Shown: one piece after another, positions 37,973 to 47,539 of the stretch
Position numbering within the stretch: position 1 is the stretch's first letter
How the letters are laid out: every line of letters begins with the position of its first letter
Source of the DNA: Candidatus Latescibacterota bacterium
GTDB taxonomy: Bacteria; Latescibacterota; UBA2968; GCA-2709665
Direction of reading: 5' to 3'
Assembly (NCBI GenBank): GCA_965205485.1
Contig: OZ242180.1
Coordinates: 2,176,001-2,240,000, forward strand
Length of the DNA stretch: 64,000 nucleotides
Made by a program: the position numbers and the translations under genes
Notes under the pieces: model-generated
What the model was told of the DNA's origin: nothing
Seen by the model: only the letters and a program-made list of their open reading frames with translations
Databases searched by the model: none

Positions 37973-39403
37973 ATGAGTGAACAGACATCATTGCCACGGA
38001 GTACGCGGATCATCTACGCCGTATTCGATTACTACTCGAAACACCGGCGGCGAATCATGGTATGGGCCGCTGCCGCGGTTGTGGTCGGTATCCTGGCCAG
38101 CGGGTTCTACATCGTCAAGAAGGAGGAACTCGGCGTCGTCCTCCGGTTCGGGAGGGTCGTGAATACCAACGTCCGGCCCGGTATACGCTACTGCATTCCG
38201 ATCATCGACGTGGTACACATCCGCAAGGTCAAGCGGGTCACCCGATACCGGGTGGCCAGCAAGGAAGGAAACAAGGTCAACTTTACCATATTGTCGGGAG
38301 ACGTGAACCTTCTGGAAGTGGACGTCGCCGTCCAGTACCGGATCGACAACCTCAGAAACTTCCTTTTCATCTCCAGCGATCCCATCGCGATGCTGACCGT
38401 TTACACCAGGGAGGAACTGGTCGACGCTCTGGGCGAGAATTTCATCGACCTGATTCTCACCTCGAATCGAAACATTATTCAAAGCAGGCTGTTCGACCGG
38501 ATTACCGCCCGGCTCGAGAATCGCGATATCGGGATAGAGCTTGTTTCGCTGGACATCGTCGACGTTAAGCCGATCGAGGAGACCATCGCCGCATTCCGGG
38601 ACGTCAGCGACGCGTTCGCGGAGCGGGCGAAGGCGGTCAGCGACGCGAATCGACAGAAGGAGCAGCTGATTGCACGCAGCCGGGGACAGGCCGAAGCGCT
38701 GGTATTGAACGCGAAAGCCAGGGCCCGGGAAAGGGTCGTGCAGGCGAAGAGCAGCGCAGGGTCGTTCTCCGCGCTCCTGGGCGAATACAGGAAACAGCCA
38801 TCGCACGTCCGCATCACCCGCTATTGGGACCGCATGAGGAAGATCTTTTCCGAGGCGAGCCTGGCTGCAGTCAACCCTGCCAATCAGTCGGCCATCGACA
38901 TCAACATGATAGACGGCGCCGGCGACGGATTCACGCCGGCGGACCTGGCGCTGGGGGAGCCGCCCGCAGGAACCGGCGCGGCGGCCGGCAGGATGGCGTT
39001 ATCGTCAACGCAAATGCCCGATATACATAAAATAGAAAATGTCGACGAGGACAGACTCACGCTGGACGGCCAATTTCACAAGGTGCGCGCGGAACGCGAT
39101 CACCTGGACGTGGCCAACCCCCGGTCGCTCATTTTCGACACGCCTTCGATATTCTCCCACAGCCACGTTGTGCGTGGCAAACGGTTCAGCCGGCAGGAGC
39201 AGGAGAAGCCGATGGTGGAGGTGCTCCCCGCGGAGGATGCCGGGTCGACGACGCAGGCGACGCCTGGAATCAAATCCGGGAAGAAGACGAAGGCCGGCTT
39301 CAAGCAGGGCAAGAAAGCGAAGGGCGCCGTCAAGCAGGGGAAGCAGGACGCGGCGGCTGGCAAGCCGGCAAAGACGGGGGAGGGTGGCGCCACGTCGAAG
39401 TAG
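37973..39403 (+). CDS. HflK-like SPFH/Band 7 protein with long C-terminal tail
   Basis: SGFYIVKKEELGVVLRFG, SGDVNLLEVDVAVQYRI, AFRDVSDA, ARSRGQA; Lys/Gly-rich tail. Confidence 0.88.
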   Translation: MSEQTSLPRSTRIIYAVFDYYSKHRRRIMVWAAAAVVVGILASGFYIVKKEELGVVLRFGRVVNTNVRPGIRYCIPIIDVVHIRKVKRVTRYRVASKEGNKVNFTILSGDVNLLEVDVAVQYRIDNLRNFLFISSDPIAMLTVYTREELVDALGENFIDLILTSNRNIIQSRLFDRITARLENRDIGIELVSLDIVDVKPIEETIAAFRDVSDAFAERAKAVSDANRQKEQLIARSRGQAEALVLNAKARARERVVQAKSSAGSFSALLGEYRKQPSHVRITRYWDRMRKIFSEASLAAVNPANQSAIDINMIDGAGDGFTPADLALGEPPAGTGAAAGRMALSSTQMPDIHKIENVDEDRLTLDGQFHKVRAERDHLDVANPRSLIFDTPSIFSHSHVVRGKRFSRQEQEKPMVEVLPAEDAGSTTQATPGIKSGKKTKAGFKQGKKAKGAVKQGKQDAAAGKPAKTGEGGATSK

Positions 39404-39433
39404 ATGTGACACGCCTCGGGAAGAGGGTAGCGA

Positions 39434-40588
39434 ATGGCGGCACATATCGTCAGTGGGCTATTGGCATTCTGGCTCGCCCTGCTGCCGGTCGCAACGCCCG
39501 CGGCGGAGACAGGTATCAGCGATACGACGATTGTCTTCGGTCAGAGCGCTTGTTTCTCCGGGCCGAACAGGCAGTTGGGTTTCAATTATCGCGCGGGTAT
39601 TCGCGCGGCCCTGCAAGAAGCGAACCGTCGCGGCGGCGTTAACGGCAGGTCACTCAGGCTGATTTCCCTCGACGACGCGTACGAGCCCGATCAGGCAGCC
39701 GCCAACGCGGAGCGATTCGCATCCGAAAACGACGTATTCGCCGTCATCGGCGGCGTGGGTACGCCGACGGCGAAACGCATCGCGCCGGTATTGAAATCGG
39801 CAAATATACCCTTCGTGGGTCCCTTCACCGGCGCCGCGTTCCTGCGCAACGCCAGGCGGTTTCCAAACGTCGTCAACCTGAGAGCGGGCTATCTGGACGA
39901 GACACGCGTTCTGGTGGACCACATCCTGAGGAAGCGCGGCAAGAAGCGGTTTGGAATCATCTACCAGGACGACGCTTTCGGGCGTTCCGTCCTCAAGAAC
40001 TACAAGTCGGTGCTCGACGGAAAGGGCATTCCCATTCTGGGAAAAACCGCTTTCTCTCGAAACACCCATGCCGTTCAGGCCAGCCTGTTCGCCCTGGCCA
40101 AGGCCGACCTGGACGCCATCATGATCGTCGGCGCATACGCGTCCAACTCTGAAATTATCAACCTGGCGCACTCTCTCGGCCACAGATACATAATGGCCAA
40201 TCTGTCGTTCGTTCTGTCCTACGAGTTGAAGAAGAGGATCGATGCACCGAGCGACCGAATACTGGTCTCAGAAGTGATGCCCGATGCCGACGACACCGGC
40301 ATGCGGGTGGTCAGAAGCTTTCAACGGGCTCTGGGAGCCGTGGGCGCTGCAAGCGGTGAACAGGACGGGAAATTCGGTGTCAACGAGGTGTCCCTCGAGG
40401 GATATATTCTGGGACGCTTCGCCATCGAGGTGCTGGAGCGCATGGGCGAGACGTTGACGCGGGAGCATTTTCTGCAACAGGCATTGTCGTCCGGACCGGT
40501 AGCGATTGACGATTGGACGCTCGCCTTCGAGCCTGGAACCAACACGGGCTCGCGCTACGTCCGGTTGATCGATCTCGGAGGAGATTGA
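39434..40588 (+). CDS. Periplasmic substrate-binding protein (LIV/type 1 fold)
   Basis: Signal peptide, FGQSACFSGP, GGVNGR, DDAYEP, GGVGTPT, YQDDAFG. Confidence 0.88.
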   Translation: MAAHIVSGLLAFWLALLPVATPAAETGISDTTIVFGQSACFSGPNRQLGFNYRAGIRAALQEANRRGGVNGRSLRLISLDDAYEPDQAAANAERFASENDVFAVIGGVGTPTAKRIAPVLKSANIPFVGPFTGAAFLRNARRFPNVVNLRAGYLDETRVLVDHILRKRGKKRFGIIYQDDAFGRSVLKNYKSVLDGKGIPILGKTAFSRNTHAVQASLFALAKADLDAIMIVGAYASNSEIINLAHSLGHRYIMANLSFVLSYELKKRIDAPSDRILVSEVMPDADDTGMRVVRSFQRALGAVGAASGEQDGKFGVNEVSLEGYILGRFAIEVLERMGETLTREHFLQQALSSGPVAIDDWTLAFEPGTNTGSRYVRLIDLGGD

Positions 40589-40591
40589 CCC

Positions 40592-41080
40592 TTGAAAAAG
40601 GTGGATGAATTTTCAGCCGAAGAAATCGGCGAAGAGTGGTTGCGGGAGCTCTACAAGGTCGTCCACATGCGGCGCGGCACGATGTTCAGGCTGATTACGG
40701 AGTCGGCCCGCCTGCTGCTCTTGGGCAATGCGGGCGGCGCGGCATTGATCATCGGATTCATGAGTTCGCCTTCCGGAGTCGAAGACGCGGCCTACCACTG
40801 GCTGGCCCTGGCGACGCTGCTCGTGTTTGCGACCGGGACCCTGGCATCCGCGCTCACAATGATTCTTGTTGCCATGGTCTCGGTAAAGGAAGCGCACAGC
40901 GCCGAAGAGGCATTGAAGAGTTTCGCGGATCGGGACATCGATCGCACCCAGGTGCTCTTCACACTGGGCGAACAGACGTTTCGTATCGCCGACTATTCTT
41001 TGGTTTCGGGCGCGGTCAGTATGGGTGGGTTCATGCTGGGCGGGATGAGCAGTATCCTGCTCCTGATGCTGTTCTTCTGA
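40592..41080 (+). CDS. Hypothetical membrane protein (about 3 TM)
   Basis: TTG start 3 nt after the binding-protein stop with GGAGG SD; three hydrophobic segments. Confidence 0.7.
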   Translation: MKKVDEFSAEEIGEEWLRELYKVVHMRRGTMFRLITESARLLLLGNAGGAALIIGFMSSPSGVEDAAYHWLALATLLVFATGTLASALTMILVAMVSVKEAHSAEEALKSFADRDIDRTQVLFTLGEQTFRIADYSLVSGAVSMGGFMLGGMSSILLLMLFF

Positions 41081-41319
41081 GTCGCAACGGGTCGATACGG
41101 GCAAGTGATCGAAGGGGGCAACCCGGCGTCGGAAGCGAGGGTTGCCCCTGAAAAATTCCGGTGATTCGGCGCCTTGATCGACCGCTGCGACGATTCACAC
41201 AAACAGTTCCGAAGCTGCATCTCGCAGGGAGACAGTCACGACCTGCGGACCTGTTCGGCAACCTCGTCCGCAGGTGCGGGACAGGACAACAACTGAAGCC
41301 AACGCAAGGTCAGGTCAAC

Positions 41320-42180
41320 GTGGATTCAGACAGTCTGCTCATCATATCGGGATATTCACTGGGCATCTTCGCCGTTTCCTTCGCCGGCGGGAAACTGGCC
41401 GTCCTGGGATCCATGACCCACACGAAGATTCAGATACTGATGAGCCTCGTGGCGGGTTTTATCCTCGGCATCGCCATGTACCACCTCTTGCCACACAGTC
41501 TCGAACGGATTTCCGGACCTGGGAACGTGGAGAAGGCTGTCGCGTTGGTGGTTTTCGGCATGGTCCTGATGATCTTCCTCCTGCGCGTGTTCCACTTCCA
41601 TCAGCACGACTTCAGCAATGAAGCCGGCGAACTGTACGATCATCACGACCACAGTGATTCCGGCGGACACTCGGGAAGTCTGGTAGGAGTTGCGATGGGC
41701 CTGGGTGTGCATACCGTAACCGAAGGCGTCGCCCTGGGTACCAGCATGCGGATCAGCTCGCCGCATGAAGACGGAGGGGCGCTGCCTGCACTCGGCGTCT
41801 TCCTCGCCATCCTGCTCCACAAGCCGCTTGACGCTTATTCCATTGTCGGCATGATGAAGTTCGCGGGATACGGCCCGCGCACGCGTACGGCGGCGAATGT
41901 CGGATTCGCCCTGCTGTGTCCGCTGGTGGCTCTCGCCAGTTTCTGGGGCGTGGGGTTGCTCGGCCCGGACGACGGCTCGGTCACGGGCTACGTGCTTGCA
42001 TTTGCCGCGGGTGCGTTTTTGTGCATCGCGCTGAGCGACCTGATGCCTGAAATCCAATTCCACAGCCACGACCGCGGCAAGCTCATTGCATCCCTTCTCG
42101 TGGGAATCGGTCTCGCCTACGCGCTCTACTTCGTTGAATCCAGCGCCGTTCATGGAACGGAAGCGCAGCACGGACACTGA
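41320..42180 (+). CDS. ZIP-family divalent metal transporter
   Basis: HLLPHS, His-rich loop, GVHTVTEGVALG, ILLHKPLD, FAAGAFLCIALSDLMPE; GTG start inferred. Confidence 0.9.
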   Translation: MDSDSLLIISGYSLGIFAVSFAGGKLAVLGSMTHTKIQILMSLVAGFILGIAMYHLLPHSLERISGPGNVEKAVALVVFGMVLMIFLLRVFHFHQHDFSNEAGELYDHHDHSDSGGHSGSLVGVAMGLGVHTVTEGVALGTSMRISSPHEDGGALPALGVFLAILLHKPLDAYSIVGMMKFAGYGPRTRTAANVGFALLCPLVALASFWGVGLLGPDDGSVTGYVLAFAAGAFLCIALSDLMPEIQFHSHDRGKLIASLLVGIGLAYALYFVESSAVHGTEAQHGH

Positions 42181-42238
42181 ACATAACGGTGCGGCGTCTC
42201 GACTTTCAATGGTCCGTATGCATCCGCAAAGACCCGCG

Positions 42239-43156
42239 ATGACATCGCCGAAAAGCCCTCTCAGTCCAAAACTGCAGGACCTGATCACGTCCATCGACAG
42301 ATCTCCCGTCGTATCCGTTGCCCCTGTAAAAGATGAACGAGACGACCTGTTGGTGACGTGCAAGTCAGGTCGACGACATCTACTTCGAATCGAAGACGGT
42401 CCGATCCCGCTTCTTCGGCAAAAATGGGCGTACGAGCAGTTGCGCAAGGGTGGTGTGCCGTGTCCGCGCGTGGAGGCAACGATTGAACCCGATACGGATT
42501 TTCCAAAAGGCTGTCTGCTGATATCCTGGATCGAGGCCGTGCCCTCATCCGAGATCATCCGAAGAGAAGGACCGGGACAGAAAAGCCAGGCGCTTTGTCG
42601 AGAACTGGGCCGGGCGTTGCGCCGCCTACACCATGTGAACGTGGCCGGGCCGGTCCCGGATTTTATTTTCAAGCACACCAGAGCAGGCGCGTATCAGCGC
42701 GTGGAGGATTTCGTCGGGCAGCTTCGTGAGGCGGAGTTGATCGATAAGGATTTCGAGAGAAGATACCGCCGACTGTTTGAGAAGTACGCTGGGTCCGTTC
42801 CCGAAGAATTGACCAGGACACTGTGTTTTACGGATACCCACTTCAGCAATATCATCGTTTTTGATCGTCCGAAGCCGAAAGTCGCTGGGTTTGTCGACGT
42901 GGAGGAAATCGGCGTCGGCTGGCCAATGTGGGACTTCACAAATTGGGAGTGCTGGGGCTTGCGCTTTGGTCTGTCATGGACGCGAGATCATATTCTGGAG
43001 GGGTATGGCGAGATAGACATGGAGATGTACCGGTTGGCTCTACTGGTTCGACTGTCCCGCCCGTTTACATTTGTCGGCTCGACCCGGGAACAGATTATCC
43101 GTGCAGTCGAGTCGGAGGACATTGCAGATTTCAAACTGGAAAAACTCTATCAGTAG
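42239..43156 (+). CDS. Aminoglycoside phosphotransferase-like kinase
   Basis: GVPCPRV, LGRALRRLH, FTDTHFSNII, GFVDVE, WDF; start uncertain. Confidence 0.75.
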   Translation: MTSPKSPLSPKLQDLITSIDRSPVVSVAPVKDERDDLLVTCKSGRRHLLRIEDGPIPLLRQKWAYEQLRKGGVPCPRVEATIEPDTDFPKGCLLISWIEAVPSSEIIRREGPGQKSQALCRELGRALRRLHHVNVAGPVPDFIFKHTRAGAYQRVEDFVGQLREAELIDKDFERRYRRLFEKYAGSVPEELTRTLCFTDTHFSNIIVFDRPKPKVAGFVDVEEIGVGWPMWDFTNWECWGLRFGLSWTRDHILEGYGEIDMEMYRLALLVRLSRPFTFVGSTREQIIRAVESEDIADFKLEKLYQ

Positions 43157-43237
43157 ATTTCGGAGCGCGATCCGTCGTGGCTGCCGGATCCCCCAAGTGC
43201 AAGAACCGATTCAGAACTGGAAACCCACGGCCATCGA

Positions 43238-44368
43238 TCACGCAAGCGCGCGCAACCCCGCGTGGATCTTTTCCGCGTACTCCTCGGTCCTTCCGGGCGT
43301 ATACACGTCCATTGGCATCACGACCATGCGGGGCACCGCGCGATCGGCCACCGGCGTCACCCCCTTTCCGTAACGCGCACTGCCCGTGTAGTGGGGGCAC
43401 CGGATGGGGCACCCTTTGCCGTACGCCAGGACCTCCGTGAAAATCGGATCTTCGGCGGCGGAGCGTCTCTTGTACCCGATCGAGACGGGACAACCGTGTT
43501 CGACCATCGTCTTCTGAAAACGCTCCACCGAAATCCCCTCTCGGTCGCCTTCGAATCGAAACGCGACCGCGTGATACGCGTTGACGCACCCGTCCGCCAC
43601 GCGCTGCGGCGCCAGCCATGGCGTCTCCCTGGCGGCTTCACGGTAGAGCGACCCCGCCTTGTGATGCGCCGAGATAATCCCGTCGGCCCTGTCCATCTGC
43701 GCCAGCATCACCCCGGCCTGCAGTTCGGTCATGCGGTAATTCCATCCAAGGGTCGTCTTGATGATTCTCATTTCCTGCATTTTTTCGACCATGTCGGCCC
43801 GATCGGTCACCGCCATGCCGCCGTCCCCGCTGGTGAGATGTTTGGCCTCCTGAAAACTGTATGAACCGATCGACCCCAGCGTTCCCAGGGGCGTGCCTCT
43901 GTACGAACCCCCGACGCCGTGCGCCACGTCTTCGATCACGGGCAGTTCATATTTGTCCGCCACCCGGAGAATCCCGTCGTAGTCCGGCGGGTTTCCCCAC
44001 ATCGGCGTACAGATGACGGCGCCCGTGTGTTCCGTGATGCACGCCTCGAGCGAATCGGGATCCATATTCCAGCTGTCCTCATCGATGTCGCAGAATACAG
44101 GTACACCGTTGTGATACATCACCGCTGCGCCACCGAAGTGGACCACGGGATCGCAAACGACTTCCACGCCCGGCCCGACGCCCGCAGCCGCCACGGCCGT
44201 GTGCAGCACGCTCATCGCACTATTCATTGCCAGAGCGTATTCCGCCCCCACCCACGCTGCAAATCGCTCCTCCAGCCGGGTCGTGAATTTACCGGTCTTG
44301 CTGTTCAGCGACCCGCTCGCGATCACTTCCGCCAGGTAGTCCAGCTCCAGCTTTCCGAACCGTTCCAT
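43238..44368 (-). CDS. DegT/DnrJ/EryC1/StrS PLP aminotransferase
   Basis: VIEDVAH, SFQEAKHLTSGDGG, NYRMTELQA; AAGGAGG SD. Confidence 0.92.
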   Translation of the reverse strand: MERFGKLELDYLAEVIASGSLNSKTGKFTTRLEERFAAWVGAEYALAMNSAMSVLHTAVAAAGVGPGVEVVCDPVVHFGGAAVMYHNGVPVFCDIDEDSWNMDPDSLEACITEHTGAVICTPMWGNPPDYDGILRVADKYELPVIEDVAHGVGGSYRGTPLGTLGSIGSYSFQEAKHLTSGDGGMAVTDRADMVEKMQEMRIIKTTLGWNYRMTELQAGVMLAQMDRADGIISAHHKAGSLYREAARETPWLAPQRVADGCVNAYHAVAFRFEGDREGISVERFQKTMVEHGCPVSIGYKRRSAAEDPIFTEVLAYGKGCPIRCPHYTGSARYGKGVTPVADRAVPRMVVMPMDVYTPGRTEEYAEKIHAGLRALA

Positions 44369-44442
44369 GTCGACCTCCTTACGTTTCTTTCTTCGGCCAG
44401 CGGCTGAAGGCGTCGCAGTGTGGTAACGCCGCGTATATCCGA

Positions 44443-45711
44443 TCAACAGCCGACCAGATGCCGGGGAAACTTCGACGTCCGGTAGACCTGTCGTCCCCAG
44501 TCCAGATCTTCGGGGAACAGAAAGCATTTGCCGGCACGCGGATCGATCGGCCTGCCCGCAGACACATGTTCAAGGATTGCGCGCTGGAGCGACGTGTCGC
44601 GGGGCGCGTTGCTCAGGTCATCCGCATCATTCCCAAACACAGTTTGCAGAATCGACCGTGCCGAGATGCCGCTTGGAACCATGTAGAACTCCCGCAGGAA
44701 TCGAACCAGATTCGATCCGGACGGAAGCCAGTCTTCCAGTTGCGTATCCAGCAGCCAGGAACCACAGAAGAACGCCCTGTACGGGCGTTCGGGGAAATGG
44801 CGGGGGAAAAAGTCCATCGCGGCCCGGAAGGAGTCACCGCACGCGGCGTGATCCAAAGGTATGCCGCCGGGAATATGAAAATACAGGACGGGGTCCCCGG
44901 GTTCCAGCACAGGATCCCAATCGGCCGCGGCAAGCGTCACCATTTCTTCGGATGCGCGTCCGGTCGGAAGGATGGGGTGGCCGGCAATCCTGTCTCCCGT
45001 GATCCGGAGCCGGGAGGTCCACGCGGCCGGGGCGTCTCCGCCTCGGTGCCGCTGGCCGTCGCGTCGATAGGAAACGCCGGCTTCGCTCAGCGCGATGACC
45101 GTGGACGCCTCCCTGTGGCGATACACGCGAAACGGGTCGTTCATCACATTGAACTGGTGTTCAAGGCGGCCCAGAGCGTAGATGTCTCCGCGGAGGAAAT
45201 TGGCCAGCCAGCGCGCCGCGTGACCGTCCAGGCCCCACCGATCGAAGATTTCGCTGCAGGTTTCGCCCCTCAGATAAATCTGTTCCATACTGTCCCGTAC
45301 GACCTTTTCGGGAATCCCGTGCGCGCGGTGCGTCGCTCGCATCTGGCGAAACCGCGACAGCAGCACCAGCAGGTAGAAGAGACCTGCCAGTTCTCCCAGA
45401 GGGCCCTTCATGCACGGCCAGTCGTCCGCCAGGCGGCTGGAATATCCTTTCACATGGTAGAGACACCAGTGGCAATGCCACGCCAGAGCGCACAACGCGG
45501 GGACTCGCGACACCACGTCCGCCGCGGCGACGGCGGCCTTCACGATGTCTTCCGGGAGAAAAATTCCCCGGCAGGCCTCGCTCACGAAGTCCGTTGACAG
45601 AAAGGGGACCTCGCCGTCCGGCATCGAACTCCGTGAGGCCTCCCACGACGGCTCGAGGACCTTTCGACTCTGCTCGATATCCAGATCCGATACCACCCGG
45701 TTCAGATCCAT
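44443..45711 (-). CDS. Acyltransferase-domain protein (DUF5596/GNAT_C-like)
   Basis: LGRLEHQ, FHIPGG.PLD, CGSWLLD, SNLVRF, TSLQRAI. Confidence 0.75.
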   Translation of the reverse strand: MDLNRVVSDLDIEQSRKVLEPSWEASRSSMPDGEVPFLSTDFVSEACRGIFLPEDIVKAAVAAADVVSRVPALCALAWHCHWCLYHVKGYSSRLADDWPCMKGPLGELAGLFYLLVLLSRFRQMRATHRAHGIPEKVVRDSMEQIYLRGETCSEIFDRWGLDGHAARWLANFLRGDIYALGRLEHQFNVMNDPFRVYRHREASTVIALSEAGVSYRRDGQRHRGGDAPAAWTSRLRITGDRIAGHPILPTGRASEEMVTLAAADWDPVLEPGDPVLYFHIPGGIPLDHAACGDSFRAAMDFFPRHFPERPYRAFFCGSWLLDTQLEDWLPSGSNLVRFLREFYMVPSGISARSILQTVFGNDADDLSNAPRDTSLQRAILEHVSAGRPIDPRAGKCFLFPEDLDWGRQVYRTSKFPRHLVGC

Positions 45712-45833
45712 ATCCGCTCTTCCTCTGCTCCATCCGACCAAGAGAGCCTGTGCGAGGGAAACAGACGCACTGTCGTAGAACCCAGGCACGCACAAAAATA
45801 GGCTCATTCAATATGCAATTTTAAATTAGCCTA

Positions 45834-47045
45834 TTATATCCGCACCTTCGCAGTTTCGCCTTCTGATCGGTTGATCTGAAACGCCGATTCGTGGAGGTCG
45901 CGCCACGGAACCAGGCTGCCCCGCGCCCGGCGCTGGTGTTCGTTACCGCCGTAAGCAACGAAGACGGAACCTGGCAAGGGTAAACGTGTGAGATGTTTCT
46001 GTACGCGACCGATGCTGTCAAACAGGCTCGACGACGCCGTGTTGGCCGACTTGGCCTCGACAAGCGCGATGTTGCGCGGGTACTCGATGATGAGGTCGGC
46101 CTCGGCGCCGTTTCGGTCCCTGTAAAACGACATACCGCCCATTTCGCCCTGGTTGGTCCTGCTTTTTGCGATCTCCGAGACAACCCAGGTCTCGAAAATC
46201 GGTCCGCGCAGTGGATGATTGCGCAGCTGCTCGGGTGTGCGGATACCGAGCAGCCAGCAGACGAGCCCTGTGTCGTAGAAGTGCAGTTTGGGCATCTTTA
46301 CAAGACGTTTACGAAGGTTGCCGTGAAATGCCGGTAGCCTGAAGGTGATGAAGCTGGTCTCCAGGATGCTGAGCCAGGCTTTCGCACCTGGCTGGGATAT
46401 TCCGCAATCGTCGGCCAGCGAGGAGAGATTGAGCAACTGAGCCGTACGGCCGGCGCACAATTCCACGAATCGCTGGAATGTCCCAAGATCTCCCACGTTT
46501 CTGATTGTCCGCACGTCGCGTTCGATATATGTGGCGACATAGGAGCGGAGCCAGTCGGATGGGTCCAGACCATCGTTGAATATGCGGGGATATGAACCGG
46601 CAAAGAGGGATTCTTCCAGACTCTCCGGAAACCGGGGGAACCGTTCGACTTCCCTGCGGGTGAGTGTCGGCAGGTAGTATATCGCCGTCCTTCCGGCCAG
46701 CGACTGGCTGACCGAATCGAGCAGAGCGAGGTTCTGCGAGCCGGTCAGGATCCAGCGTCCGGGCGCCGGGTCATCGTCGATAATGCCCTGCAGGTAGGAA
46801 AGCAGGTCCGGGGCCCGCTGTACCTCGTCGATGATGACGCCAGCCGGAAACTGAGCCAGAAAGCCGCGTGGGTCTTCTACCGCAAAGGCGCGAACGTCCG
46901 GAGACTCGAGTGTTGTATACCTGTGCTCGGGAAAAATGGCCCGGCAAAGCGTCGTCTTTCCGCTTTGCCGGGGACCGGTAAGCGTAATGGCAGGGAAAGC
47001 TCCCGCGGCCTTTTTGAGTCTGGGCGCCAGGTCACGTGTGATCAT
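45834..47045 (-). CDS. AAA+ ATPase with DUF4143 domain
   Basis: TGPRQSGKTT, IIDEVQ, LTGSQ, SLAGR, PKLHFYDTG, FETWVVSE, EADLI..EAK. Confidence 0.93.
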   Translation of the reverse strand: MITRDLAPRLKKAAGAFPAITLTGPRQSGKTTLCRAIFPEHRYTTLESPDVRAFAVEDPRGFLAQFPAGVIIDEVQRAPDLLSYLQGIIDDDPAPGRWILTGSQNLALLDSVSQSLAGRTAIYYLPTLTRREVERFPRFPESLEESLFAGSYPRIFNDGLDPSDWLRSYVATYIERDVRTIRNVGDLGTFQRFVELCAGRTAQLLNLSSLADDCGISQPGAKAWLSILETSFITFRLPAFHGNLRKRLVKMPKLHFYDTGLVCWLLGIRTPEQLRNHPLRGPIFETWVVSEIAKSRTNQGEMGGMSFYRDRNGAEADLIIEYPRNIALVEAKSANTASSSLFDSIGRVQKHLTRLPLPGSVFVAYGGNEHQRRARGSLVPWRDLHESAFQINRSEGETAKVRI

Positions 47046-47080
47046 ACCAGGAAAATAGTGAAATTTAAAGGCTATGTCAA
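47046..47080 (-). promoter_or_regulatory. Promoter for a probable leaderless AAA transcript
   Basis: TTGACA-17-TATTTT then 6 nt to ATG; no SD. Confidence 0.6.
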
Positions 47081-47377
47081 TATTTAACTTTGAAATAGCC
47101 TAAAAACCCGAAATTGAAGATCGAGAACTGAAGATCGTGACGCGGGCCGCGTCGTGTCATGGCGCCTCCCAAGGTCGGCAACTTCACGGATCAGGGAATA
47201 GGTGTGTATTGTCCGAGCGGGCGAACGGTTTACAACCCGCCACCAGACTGCGGTATGATATGTGCTTTTTCTCCGACATGCCAAAGTAGATTCCTGAGGT
47301 CGGCGGCCGCGCACGGCGACATCGTCAAATCGATCGATACGTAGCCCGGACGGCGTGAAGTTATCACGTGAAGACTA

Positions 47378-47406
47378 TTGACTTTCGTGAGATTGGCCGC
47401 TATATT
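47378..47406 (+). promoter_or_regulatory. sigma70-like promoter upstream of the oxygenase/MMPL cassette
   Basis: TTGACT-17-TATATT. Confidence 0.55.
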
Positions 47407-47539
47407 TTCGCGTGCGAAAGTATTAGATTTAGTGATTGTGGGATTGAAAAGCGCGGTCTGCGGCTTGAGGGTGGTAAACGGAAGGTCCGCGGCCGTGTTC
47501 GGGAATCCGTTGTTGAGATCGTAAGGAGACAGCGGCATT

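Noticed and set aside
36907..41160. Short shared motifs (CGCAACGGGTC, CCCTGAA) in intergenic gaps of the metal operon
   Set aside because: Too short to distinguish from chance without homologue alignments
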